From: a virus
IMG/VR virus record: IMGVR_UViG_3300040802_000094
Location: 20,956-84,955 of that record
DNA: 64,000 bases
Strand: one strand, 5' to 3'
Part shown: positions 38,686 through 47,335 of the stretch, piece by piece
How positions within the stretch are numbered: position 1 is the stretch's first letter
How the letters are laid out: each line of letters starts with the position of its first letter
Notes under the pieces: model-generated
The model's database searches: none
What the model was told of the DNA's origin: nothing
What the model saw: the letters and a program-made list of their open reading frames with translations, nothing else
Program-made: the position numbers and the translations under genes

Positions 38686-39159
38686 TTATTTGATGCGGAC
38701 AAACTTAAATTTATGATGCCTCCACTCTGGATAGGCTTTCATCATTTCGGACAGAAAAGTCAACGCGACAGGCACTGATTTTAGCCTGACAATTTGGAAT
38801 TTAAATCGGTTGAAATCTTGAGTCTTCCAACTGTAAACCGGAAGAGACGTCCCCAACAATTGCTTTTGAAGATCTTTTGCTTCGACCAAATACAACAACC
38901 TTCGATCTTTGCCGTAAACCGCGATCGCCACTTCGCTCGTCCAACGTTTTTGAGCATTATTGAACTCCCCGTAATTCAGAGTGATGTCAAAGGGGAGGGC
39001 GGTAAGCCCATCGGAAACGTAATACGCTCCTCCTAAGTAGAAGACGGAGCCGATTTCCGAGTAGGCAACGATCGCCCGAGGTGAGTCGTGAAACCGAATC
39101 TGTTTTGCACCCATTTTCCCTAGAAAGGAGGATAAGCTTTCCTTGATTTCAAAGTTCAT
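38686..39159 (-). CDS. Hypothetical protein
   Basis: ORF with GAGGA RBS, followed by a hairpin at 38653-38687. Confidence 0.6.
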   Translation of the reverse strand: MNFEIKESLSSFLGKMGAKQIRFHDSPRAIVAYSEIGSVFYLGGAYYVSDGLTALPFDITLNYGEFNNAQKRWTSEVAIAVYGKDRRLLYLVEAKDLQKQLLGTSLPVYSWKTQDFNRFKFQIVRLKSVPVALTFLSEMMKAYPEWRHHKFKFVRIK

Positions 39160-39282
39160 CCGATCGTCCTCAAGTAAAACCAAAATTACTTTACAAGTAG
39201 CTATACAAGACAGCAAATACTGTTGACGTTATACATCATCAAGAAATATAATAAAGGTGTAGTTAAAGGAAGAAAATAAAAT

Positions 39283-39504
39283 ATGCTACAGCAGATCGTG
39301 CTTCAACTCCCCGGGGAACTCCTCGGGGAGTTAGCCGCAGCCACAGTTATGTGGTTAGTTTTGTCTGGTTTTCGGGAGATCCGAAAACCAGACAAAACTA
39401 AGGAGAAGGAGATCGATGCCCTGGCCTTCCTCAGACAAGTGACATTGTCCGAGGAAGACCAAAAAATTCTCCGCCAAATGGCGGAGAAATATAAAAAAGA
39501 CTAA
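39283..39504 (+). CDS. Small membrane protein (1 TM)
   Basis: LLGELAAATVMWLVLSGF; preceded by TTGACG...TATAAT-like promoter elements. Confidence 0.65.
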   Translation: MLQQIVLQLPGELLGELAAATVMWLVLSGFREIRKPDKTKEKEIDALAFLRQVTLSEEDQKILRQMAEKYKKD

Positions 39505-39558
39505 AAGGAAGAAGCCCCGGATAGAGTGTGTATCTATCCGGGGCTTCTTCCTTTTAGT
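39500..39558. terminator. Long bidirectional terminator (26-bp arms) between convergent genes
   Basis: ACTAAAAGGAAGAAGCCCCGGATAGA-GTGTGTA-TCTATCCGGGGCTTCTTCCTTTTAGT. Confidence 0.8.
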
Positions 39559-39841
39559 ATGAAATACAGGCGATCGCGCGATCGCGAATCAGAATCTCAA
39601 AATCCTCTTGAGATTCTATCTTTAGACCGTCTATTGCTTCCGCCATAAAATAGATCGTCTTCCTTTCGGGAAACCAATCCATTCTGACCAATAACTCATC
39701 CGTTATCGGATCGATAGTTTTCGAGATTTTTACGAAAACCCCGAAAGCTCTCAAATGGCTTTCTAGTTCGGAGAAAGCTTTTTGCATTTCTCCTTCTAGC
39801 AAATAAAGAGCGGAGATTTTCTCCGCCAAAGAGACTTCCAT
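39554..39841 (-). CDS. Hypothetical protein
   Basis: 95-aa ORF with AAGGA RBS. Confidence 0.6.
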   Translation of the reverse strand: MEVSLAEKISALYLLEGEMQKAFSELESHLRAFGVFVKISKTIDPITDELLVRMDWFPERKTIYFMAEAIDGLKIESQEDFEILIRDRAIACISY

Positions 39842-39937
39842 GATGTATTTTCCTTAACTACATTTATAGATTACAAAACAAAATATCTTTTACATAAAAA
39901 AAGGGAAGGCGTGAAATCGTATCACGCCTTCCCTTTT

Positions 39938-40192
39938 TTAGGTTTCTACCTCAGCTCGACATTCCCTAAGCAGTGACACGAGTCGGATATAATTCTCCTC
40001 CTCGTCGTCGCAGAGAGGAACACAGCTCTGGCGATCGAGAAGCATCGCCAGATCGCAGGTAAAGAGATCTCCTCCCCCCAAAGAGATGACAATCACGTCA
40101 TCTCTTTGGGGAGGGATAAAACATTCCGTTTCACCCAAAATGACGTCCAGGAATGCCTTGATTTTGTCAATCATTTGTTTACAATCGCTCAA
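39938..40192 (-). CDS. Hypothetical protein
   Basis: 84-aa ORF followed by a terminator at about 39896-39939. Confidence 0.55.
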   Translation of the reverse strand: MSDCKQMIDKIKAFLDVILGETECFIPPQRDDVIVISLGGGDLFTCDLAMLLDRQSCVPLCDDEEENYIRLVSLLRECRAEVET

Positions 40193-40278
40193 CTTTTAAC
40201 TATCAAAAGAATAACAGCATGATACTTTTTCGGAAAAAAAAGAGTACCGCAGTACATTATTTAAAACAGGAGAAGCGT

Positions 40279-40866
40279 ATGTATAAGCATCAATACATCA
40301 ATTTTGACAATGGTGGAGAAATGCATTCCCTGCCCTTTTGCGGGGAGTTCGATCGAACTGCAAAAACAATCGTAGTGCAAGGGAATCCCCCCTTGCTTTA
40401 CTTCAGACTTCGAGCCGTTTTTGACGGTGAAGAATGGATCGTAACGGAGAGTACCCTCCGTTTCTTGGCGAAAGAAATGCAAGGTTTTCACTCGATCGCC
40501 CTAAGCAAAGAAGCACCACCAAAAGCTTCTTTCTTGAAAGCACAATTGGACATGCTTTCTGAGGGTACCGTAAATGGCTGGGTGCCTCAGAGCGTTCCTC
40601 CGGGGCTTCCAGAAAAACTGGAAAAGCTTCCACTCAGGGAAGGCTACCTGTGGACGAGAGGGAAAATCCCAAAGAGCTTTCGCTTTAGAGCGGGGGAGAA
40701 GAGAAAAATAGTTCTAGCCCCCCCAGGAACTTATGTGGCGATCGTTCATACCCCGAAGGATCCCCTGGTTCCGTCGGGAGTGGCCTTCTACTGTAGGGAG
40801 TACTGCAGACCGGAGACATGGAGAGTTGCTCCCATGTCTCGGCACTACATGTGGAAATACATGTAA
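40279..40866 (+). CDS. Hypothetical protein
   Basis: CAGGAG RBS before ATG 40279; terminator at 40888-40925. Confidence 0.6.
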   Translation: MYKHQYINFDNGGEMHSLPFCGEFDRTAKTIVVQGNPPLLYFRLRAVFDGEEWIVTESTLRFLAKEMQGFHSIALSKEAPPKASFLKAQLDMLSEGTVNGWVPQSVPPGLPEKLEKLPLREGYLWTRGKIPKSFRFRAGEKRKIVLAPPGTYVAIVHTPKDPLVPSGVAFYCREYCRPETWRVAPMSRHYMWKYM

Positions 40867-40946
40867 TGTGGGGACTCCTTAAATAATAAAAAAGCGACGT
40901 CATATTTACATGACGTCGCTTTTTTGTTGGCTATTGTTGGTTTTTG

Positions 40947-42752
40947 CTAGCTAGCAAAAGTTCCTTCCTTCGCCGACTTGAGGGCGAAAATCATCTTTTG
41001 CTCGTTAGGGGTCAAACCCTCCCATATCGCCTTTTTGATTTCATCCACGATCGCCCCCTGGCGATTGCCGACGATCGACTCGACATGGTGGACGACTTCC
41101 TCGTAAAGGGGGTGAGACTGACTTAATAAGCGAGAAAGATCCAGGATCTCCTGCTGGTAAGTCTTGACGTCTTCATTCCCAAAATAGCGTTCGTATTCGA
41201 CCCACTTTTGGAAGGCTGTCGTTTCTCGTTTGTAGCCGATCGCCTGACACAAAAATCGAAAGTCTCCGAGAGACAGGCGAAACCTAGGATCGCTCGACCG
41301 CCTGTCGATCAGTCGATAGAAAATCCAGTTCGACTGATACCCTCGTTGCTTCGCTTCGTGCAACAGATCCAGAGCGTAAGAGAGATACGGGCGTTTCGGG
41401 ATTGCCTCCCCGCGTCGCGGGACGACGACGGGGGATAGAGAGATGCGCTGACGATCGCGCCGCAACTCTCGCAAGAAAGAAGCGGGAAGGATTTTTCCTT
41501 CTCCTGAAGGAGGAGACTTCTTTCTGGGAGGGGAGACGGGAACCATGGTGCCGCACTCGGGACACTCAGCCAGTAACCTTTGGCGATCTTCTGGCGTCGG
41601 AACGATCGCGTACCCGCACTCGGGGCATTGGAGCGCCCGGCGCGATTTATTCTTAGGCTGACCTTTGAGACTCCAGGATTCAACATCTTGCGGCCAGGGT
41701 AAGGTACTAAACGTCCTGGTGAAATCGACGACGACTAAGTGATCCTTCCCCTGCCAAGGGCGAAGCCCGCGCCCGAGAAGCTGGTGGGCAATTCGGAGCG
41801 ACTTTGTCGGACGACAACACAGAATCGCGTCGATCCAGGGGATATCGAGTCCTTCTACGGCAATTTCGTATTGGAATAAAACTTGAATCTCTCCATCGCG
41901 AAATTGCTGCAAAGTATTATGACGATCGTCTTTTGGGGTCGATCCATCCAAATGGGCGGCAGCGATCCCTTTCGAGACGAATAAGTCGGTCAAGGATCGG
42001 CTGTGTTCGACCCCTGCTGCAAAAACCAGGGTTCGACGATCGCTACAGTACTGCTGCCAGCCCGCAAAAACCTCTTCGTCTTGGAGGTGCGATCGGACAA
42101 AATCCTGTAGCATGGCCTGACTGTAATCAGCCCCGGAACCTCGTTTGTCCGGATCGGGAATCAGATCCCGGGAGACGAATACCTTGAAAGGACAAAGAAA
42201 CCCCTGAGATTTCAGTTCCTCGAAGGAAGGTCCCTGAATTAGCTCCTGATATCCTTCGACTCCTCCAGACAAAAGATCCAGCCCCTCACCATCCGTGCGA
42301 CACGGCGTAGCCGTAACGCCGAGGATTCGACTGTAGGGGTATTCGAGGAAGATCCTCGCGTACTGCCCGGCAAAGGTGCGATGGGCTTCGTCGATGACAA
42401 TCAGACCGACCTTCGGTAGAGATCCGTTTCTGAAATAGCCTTGCAGCGTACCGACGGAAACTACCTGAATCGGCGCCTCCAAATTTGGCTTGATGCCGCT
42501 TTTGATCACTCCAATCTCGGTTCCTTCGGGGAGGAAGGCTTGGAGTTTGTCGTGAGCCTGCTGGATCAATTCCTCTCGGTGGGCGACGATCGCGATCCTT
42601 TCTCCCGCTTCGTAGGCGATTCGACAAACCTCGGAAAGGATTACAGTCTTTCCGCCCCCGGTGTAAAGCTGGACGAGTACGTTCTTGATTCCCCTGTTCC
42701 AGGAATCTAGGATTTTCTCGACCAAATCGACTTGGTAATCTCTTAATTTCAT
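40947..42752 (-). CDS. SF2 DEAH-box helicase (RadD/UvsW-like) with Zn ribbon
   Basis: LRDYQ, TGGGKT, DEAH, TATP, QLLGRGLR, CPEC...CPECG. Confidence 0.93.
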   Translation of the reverse strand: MKLRDYQVDLVEKILDSWNRGIKNVLVQLYTGGGKTVILSEVCRIAYEAGERIAIVAHREELIQQAHDKLQAFLPEGTEIGVIKSGIKPNLEAPIQVVSVGTLQGYFRNGSLPKVGLIVIDEAHRTFAGQYARIFLEYPYSRILGVTATPCRTDGEGLDLLSGGVEGYQELIQGPSFEELKSQGFLCPFKVFVSRDLIPDPDKRGSGADYSQAMLQDFVRSHLQDEEVFAGWQQYCSDRRTLVFAAGVEHSRSLTDLFVSKGIAAAHLDGSTPKDDRHNTLQQFRDGEIQVLFQYEIAVEGLDIPWIDAILCCRPTKSLRIAHQLLGRGLRPWQGKDHLVVVDFTRTFSTLPWPQDVESWSLKGQPKNKSRRALQCPECGYAIVPTPEDRQRLLAECPECGTMVPVSPPRKKSPPSGEGKILPASFLRELRRDRQRISLSPVVVPRRGEAIPKRPYLSYALDLLHEAKQRGYQSNWIFYRLIDRRSSDPRFRLSLGDFRFLCQAIGYKRETTAFQKWVEYERYFGNEDVKTYQQEILDLSRLLSQSHPLYEEVVHHVESIVGNRQGAIVDEIKKAIWEGLTPNEQKMIFALKSAKEGTFAS

Positions 42753-42808
42753 CTAAGGCTCTCCTTTTCAAACGAGATCATTATCGGCCATGCCTACTCG
42801 AATCAAAA

Positions 42809-42832
42809 ATAATTGCAGACGTCTGCAATTAT
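42809..42832. repeat. Perfect 24-bp palindrome, core TTGCAGACGTCTGCAA (copy 2)
   Basis: ATAATTGCAGACGTCTGCAATTAT, upstream of the helicase. Confidence 0.9.
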
Positions 42833-43189
42833 GTTGACTTTTTAGTCAAGCCCAGGGGGATCTTATCTGAGGAGAGCGGGTGGGAAGAGGCCAGCCAGGA
42901 GAGGGGATGCTCTCGGTTCTCGGGTCTCCCCTTTCGCTTACCTCCCCTCTTTCCTTGCTCGCCTGATCGCGCGTGCGCGTACACACATGGATTTAGATTT
43001 TTGTTAAAGAGATTTGATATTGACCAAAATTGTGCAATGGATTGCCCAATCGAGTGCAATGGATTGCACCACGACAAGAATGGACGACTTCGGCATCCGG
43101 TCGCAGTTTTTACAACATAGGGCAATGGGCTTTACTGTCGGCCATAAAAAAAGACCGTAGCGCAATGCTACGGTCTGACGGCCATGTAA

Positions 43190-43255
43190 TGGGCAATGCG
43201 GGAGTCGAACCCGCCATGGGTGTTACCGCCCGATCCTCCACTCGGTCGATCGCCC
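43190..43255 (-). ncRNA. tRNA-like RNA lacking a canonical anticodon arm
   Basis: GGGCGAT/ATTGCCC-A acceptor stem; GCGGG-TTCGACT-CCCGC T arm; CCGAGTGG D-loop-like segment; 66 nt; TAGAAT -10 upstream; terminator at 43147-43176. Confidence 0.7.
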
Positions 43256-43330
43256 GAATTCATTCTATACGGAAAAGTCGATTTGCATCGTGGTATCGTA
43301 AACCTGCCGTAGAATCCGAATAACTCTGCA

Positions 43331-43714
43331 ATGGATTTAGTGCAATTTTTTGTGTTTTCCGCGCTCGCCTCTGGCAAGTGTCAGTTCGACCCGATTGAAG
43401 GAGCCTACACTTTTCGAGACGCGGAAGGGGAAAACGTCTTTGTCACGATCTCCGACGACGGATTCTTCCTTGGGGAGGATGGCGCGATCGTGGAAGTGAA
43501 AAAGGTCGGCGACCTGTTGGCGGCACTCAATCCAAGGAAGCATCGAGAAGAAAGGATCCTTTCCGCTTACCACTTGTTGAGCAGAAACAACCCTTGCGTA
43601 TTGTTTGCCGACCTCGAAGCAAAAGTTGGCAAAAAAGATGCCTGGTGGAGTATTTCCACCAGCCCGCCACTCCTTGTACTTTCCGAAGAAAAAACGGTAC
43701 GAAGAATCCGCTAA
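43331..43714 (+). CDS. Hypothetical protein
   Basis: 127-aa ORF convergent with the methylase. Confidence 0.55.
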   Translation: MDLVQFFVFSALASGKCQFDPIEGAYTFRDAEGENVFVTISDDGFFLGEDGAIVEVKKVGDLLAALNPRKHREERILSAYHLLSRNNPCVLFADLEAKVGKKDAWWSISTSPPLLVLSEEKTVRRIR

Positions 43715-44835
43715 AAGAGGGATAGCTGCTTGACGCCACTCTCCCGCTTTCGGACAAGGAGAACTTCTTGTTTTCGAGGGCGACGCTCGACCTTACTACT
43801 CCCGCCAGCATTCCCCGTGGAAACCGTTACAGTCTTGTAGTGGATCTCCCAATCCTTTTCGCTGTAGAAACGAAGGATCTCCGGGTCGGGGTAGTAACTC
43901 AGCACGATCGCCCCTTTCAGTTGGTGCAGGCACGAGGCAAGGCGCTCGTGGTCTTCCATCGTGAAATTCCCCCCTCCGTAGTATCGCTCCTTCCCAAAAT
44001 AGGGAGGATCGCAATAGTGTAGGGCAACTGGAGAATCCCATCGCTTCAATACTTCCTCGAAGTCGCCGTTTTCGATATAACAGCCTTTGAACGACTTCGC
44101 CGTTTCGAGTAACTTGCTCGACAGCGAATCCCATTGCTGAGGCTTGTCCGAGGAAGGGTGGCTGACACCCGTCGAAGCCGACCACCCCGAGTCGCCAATC
44201 GTTCCCGTAAACCCTTGATTGGCGCAAGTGAGATAGCGCCTTGCTTTTTCCGTGCTAGAAGCAGAGATTGCCCTAAAGAACTGGCGGCCTGCCTCGTTGA
44301 GGAAGGCGGGGGAGTCTATTGGCGATCGCCTCAATACTGTGGAAGCTTTTAAGATCCTTTCGGGCAGCGTCTCCCATTCGTGAACCAGGTGGTCTTTAGG
44401 GCGATCGCCTCCATTTTTGGCAATCCTCCAACTCTGCCGGGGATCTCCCTTGAAAGACTGCGTGCAAGCGATCGCGTACTTGCGGGCGCGATCGATGTCT
44501 CCGAGTTCGAGAGAGCCAAAATCTTTACAAAGGGCATGTTCTTCTCGACTGTACGGGGTTAGGGCGATCGCTCTTGCCAAATGCTCGGGCAAATCTCGAC
44601 ATACCCGAAATAGGTTGACAATATTGGAGTCGCGATCGTTGAGGACGATCCGAGGTAGTCCGTTTTTCCTATTTCCTCTTTCAAAGAAGCCTTGAGATTG
44701 TAGGTAGAAAAAAACGGCTGCCGATCCGCAGAAAGGTTCGGTATAAACCTCAAAAGAAAAGCGACCGATTTGCTCCGAAATCCATGGAGCGAGTCGTCTT
44801 TTCCCTCCAATTATATTGATAATAGGTTTGGCCAT
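43711..44835 (-). CDS. DNA adenine methyltransferase (Dam/D12 class) with a duplicated internal segment
   Basis: GGKRRLA, EPFCGSAAV, LND, YCDPPY, F..EDHERL, VLSY. Confidence 0.9.
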   Translation of the reverse strand: MAKPIINIIGGKRRLAPWISEQIGRFSFEVYTEPFCGSAAVFFYLQSQGFFERGNRKNGLPRIVLNDRDSNIVNLFRVCRDLPEHLARAIALTPYSREEHALCKDFGSLELGDIDRARKYAIACTQSFKGDPRQSWRIAKNGGDRPKDHLVHEWETLPERILKASTVLRRSPIDSPAFLNEAGRQFFRAISASSTEKARRYLTCANQGFTGTIGDSGWSASTGVSHPSSDKPQQWDSLSSKLLETAKSFKGCYIENGDFEEVLKRWDSPVALHYCDPPYFGKERYYGGGNFTMEDHERLASCLHQLKGAIVLSYYPDPEILRFYSEKDWEIHYKTVTVSTGNAGGSSKVERRPRKQEVLLVRKRESGVKQLSLF

Positions 44836-44922
44836 AACTATCTCTTGATAACATTGCTTTCATTATCCCTAAAAGGCTTAAGAAACAAAAAAAAGACCCG
44901 CCATCATGGCGGGCCTTTTACT

Positions 44923-45738
44923 CTACCAAACTACAGGAAGTAAGAAAACCTCATCTTCCTCGGTCTTTACCATCAGGTGATGGTAGTCTAACCCGAGGGA
45001 GATGTCTTCGGCTTCCAAGCCTAGTGATATCCCTGGCTTAAGAGAAAACCACGGGGTTTCTCTTAAGCCAGGGAGGCAATTCTTCAGACGAAAGAATCGC
45101 TTCTCCTCGGAGGACAGGAGGATTCTTCCCTCCTGCCTTTTGACCTTGACCTCTCCCTGAAGTAGATACCTCAGAAAAGAAGCATCTACTTCCCCGAAGG
45201 GCGGGGGGAACGGGGGGCGCAAGCTATCCCCATAGAAGGGGAGGGTTACGATCCTCCGCCTCCCCTCTCTCCAGTCGCCGACAAAGGCGAGAGTCCCTTC
45301 TCGAAGGAGGACGGATACCCTCTCTCCTCCTTCGGTCGCCCAACCCAGAACGCTGGGGTCGGGTAAGGAGATAGACGGCCAGGAGGCTGGCCAATCTTCG
45401 ACTGACCAGAAACTCCAAGTTCCGTGCTTTCGGAACCCGGTCCAGGGGCCGAGAACCCCTGCCTCTCCGGAAAAGAGGCACTTTAGTCTCTCGTCCTGTA
45501 TATACAGGCGAGGTGGGGAGGAATTCCCCGAAGAACGGGGGAAATCCTCCCCAAACTCTTCAAGCTTTTCAATCTCGGCGACGTCGATATTATCGATGTC
45601 GGGGACATCTTCATCCCCGACGTATTTCCCGTCGTTGAGGGACGCAATCGACGCAGGGATCTGCGTCGATTGCGTTTTGAATACGTAATCACCCTCTTCC
45701 TTGGAGAGGGTGATTACGCCTGCTTTTAGCGTTATCAT
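44923..45738 (-). CDS. Hypothetical protein, possible divergent beta-clamp-like fold
   Basis: VDASFLRYLLQGEVKV...ILLSS and C-terminal VFLLPV; weak resemblance only. Confidence 0.55.
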   Translation of the reverse strand: MITLKAGVITLSKEEGDYVFKTQSTQIPASIASLNDGKYVGDEDVPDIDNIDVAEIEKLEEFGEDFPRSSGNSSPPRLYIQDERLKCLFSGEAGVLGPWTGFRKHGTWSFWSVEDWPASWPSISLPDPSVLGWATEGGERVSVLLREGTLAFVGDWREGRRRIVTLPFYGDSLRPPFPPPFGEVDASFLRYLLQGEVKVKRQEGRILLSSEEKRFFRLKNCLPGLRETPWFSLKPGISLGLEAEDISLGLDYHHLMVKTEEDEVFLLPVVW

Positions 45739-45855
45739 CTCTGTCCTTTGATATACATAAATTCAGTCTACCATATATTCGGCACGCTAAAAATATTAAT
45801 TATATTGGCATACGTAATCATTGTATAATAATTGTATGCAATCAAAAGAAGTAAG

Positions 45856-47256
45856 ATGAACACACACATTAAAATGGACACAGAGGATCTAAAAAAGATC
45901 TTCTTTTTGGCGAAACAGGGGGGACTCTACTCCCGACTAGGAGTAGAGTCCTGCCGCATGTACAGCAGGACTCTACTCAGCAGAGTGGAGATCCCGATCG
46001 AGGCGGCAGATCCGGCGGTGTCCACCTCGATCGCCTTATCGCAAAAGCAGACCTCTCTGCTTTTGCGATACCTACAAAAGCAGAGAGGAGAGGTGACGGT
46101 CTGGTTTTGTCCAGATCGTCTCCGCCTCTCCTGGGATGAGGGGCGATCGTCGATCGCCCTCATCCCAGGAGAGGAAGCAGCCTCCTCCCCCGACTTGAGG
46201 GGGTCAAAGAGGCTTCCCTTGGGAGAGTTCGACGGCTACGCGATCGTCGAACTCTTTCGCGAAAGCCCCCTGGACGGGGGGGAAGATTTCCTCCTCTTCA
46301 AGGAAGAGAAGATCTTCCATGTCCAGGCTTCCGGCAATACAATTGCCCGGAAGCGTGGGATCAGGAGAATAGGGTCTCACCGGAAGCCCCTTCCGGTGAG
46401 ACCTCTAAAGGTACACCTCCCTAAAAAGAGCTTCTGGGGAGGTGTTAAACGCTTCCTCCCCACGGAAAGAGAGGTCGGAAGGGGTGCCGACGTGAGGTGC
46501 TTCCTCTCGCTCCTTTCCACGGAGGGGGCAAAGTATATGGAGATCCTCCTCTCCCGACTTCAGTCGGAAGAGATTGAGGTGGAGGGGAGGATCCTCCTCC
46601 CCATTGGAGCGGAAGAACCCTCTCTTCCACCAGTAATGCCCTGGACGGGGGGGATCGACTTTTCTACCGTCCAGGGTAAAGGCTCCGGCTTTGCCTCGAT
46701 CGCAAGGATGCGAGAAGGGGCATGGTTGGAGTTCTCCGAAGGAGCCTGCCTCCTTTTTTCGGAAAGAGGTAGCGTCACCCAGGAGATCCCAGCAGGCAAA
46801 GCCTGGGGAAAGATCCCCGGGAGGTCTTTCTTACCTTTTTGGGAGGTAAGAGAGATTGCTCGGGAGGACGTAGTCTCCTTGAGGTTCGCGTCCGAGGACG
46901 CGAACTCTATCGTTGCAGTCGAAACGCCGACTGCAACGATAGAGTTTTGGCACGCCGACGAACACACATTCCCCCCTCTTCCCGAGGAAGAGGTCTTGGC
47001 GGTCGAATTCCTCGACGAAAAGGGATGGATCGCACTATCCCCCAATGGGGAGATCCTTTGTTGGAAGGGGGAAGGATACCCCGTCGAAAGGGGGGCATGG
47101 CTCCAGTCCCCGACTCATTTCTCGATCGCGATGCACCTCGTCAAGATCGCGATCGAGGCAGGGCAAGAGGGAGAAATCCCTTACGACCTCCTCGAGGTCC
47201 TCAAAAGAAAGGTTTCTTTTGAGAAAATAGAAGATTTTCTCATTTTTGAGACCTAG
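45856..47256 (+). CDS. Hypothetical protein, possible divergent beta-clamp-like fold
   Basis: N-terminal EIPIEA...LLRYLQKQRGEVTV...LRLSWDEGRSSI; FPPLP linker; TATAAT upstream. Confidence 0.6.
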   Translation: MNTHIKMDTEDLKKIFFLAKQGGLYSRLGVESCRMYSRTLLSRVEIPIEAADPAVSTSIALSQKQTSLLLRYLQKQRGEVTVWFCPDRLRLSWDEGRSSIALIPGEEAASSPDLRGSKRLPLGEFDGYAIVELFRESPLDGGEDFLLFKEEKIFHVQASGNTIARKRGIRRIGSHRKPLPVRPLKVHLPKKSFWGGVKRFLPTEREVGRGADVRCFLSLLSTEGAKYMEILLSRLQSEEIEVEGRILLPIGAEEPSLPPVMPWTGGIDFSTVQGKGSGFASIARMREGAWLEFSEGACLLFSERGSVTQEIPAGKAWGKIPGRSFLPFWEVREIAREDVVSLRFASEDANSIVAVETPTATIEFWHADEHTFPPLPEEEVLAVEFLDEKGWIALSPNGEILCWKGEGYPVERGAWLQSPTHFSIAMHLVKIAIEAGQEGEIPYDLLEVLKRKVSFEKIEDFLIFET

Positions 47257-47335
47257 TTTCGCAAGCCCGGCGGCACAACATCATCGTGCCGCCGGGCTTT
47301 TGGTATAATATAAGTAATCTTTATATTAAAAATGT

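Noticed and set aside
43190-43255. Functional tRNA or tmRNA
   Set aside because: No 7-nt anticodon loop, no G3-U70 alanine determinant and no tag ORF.
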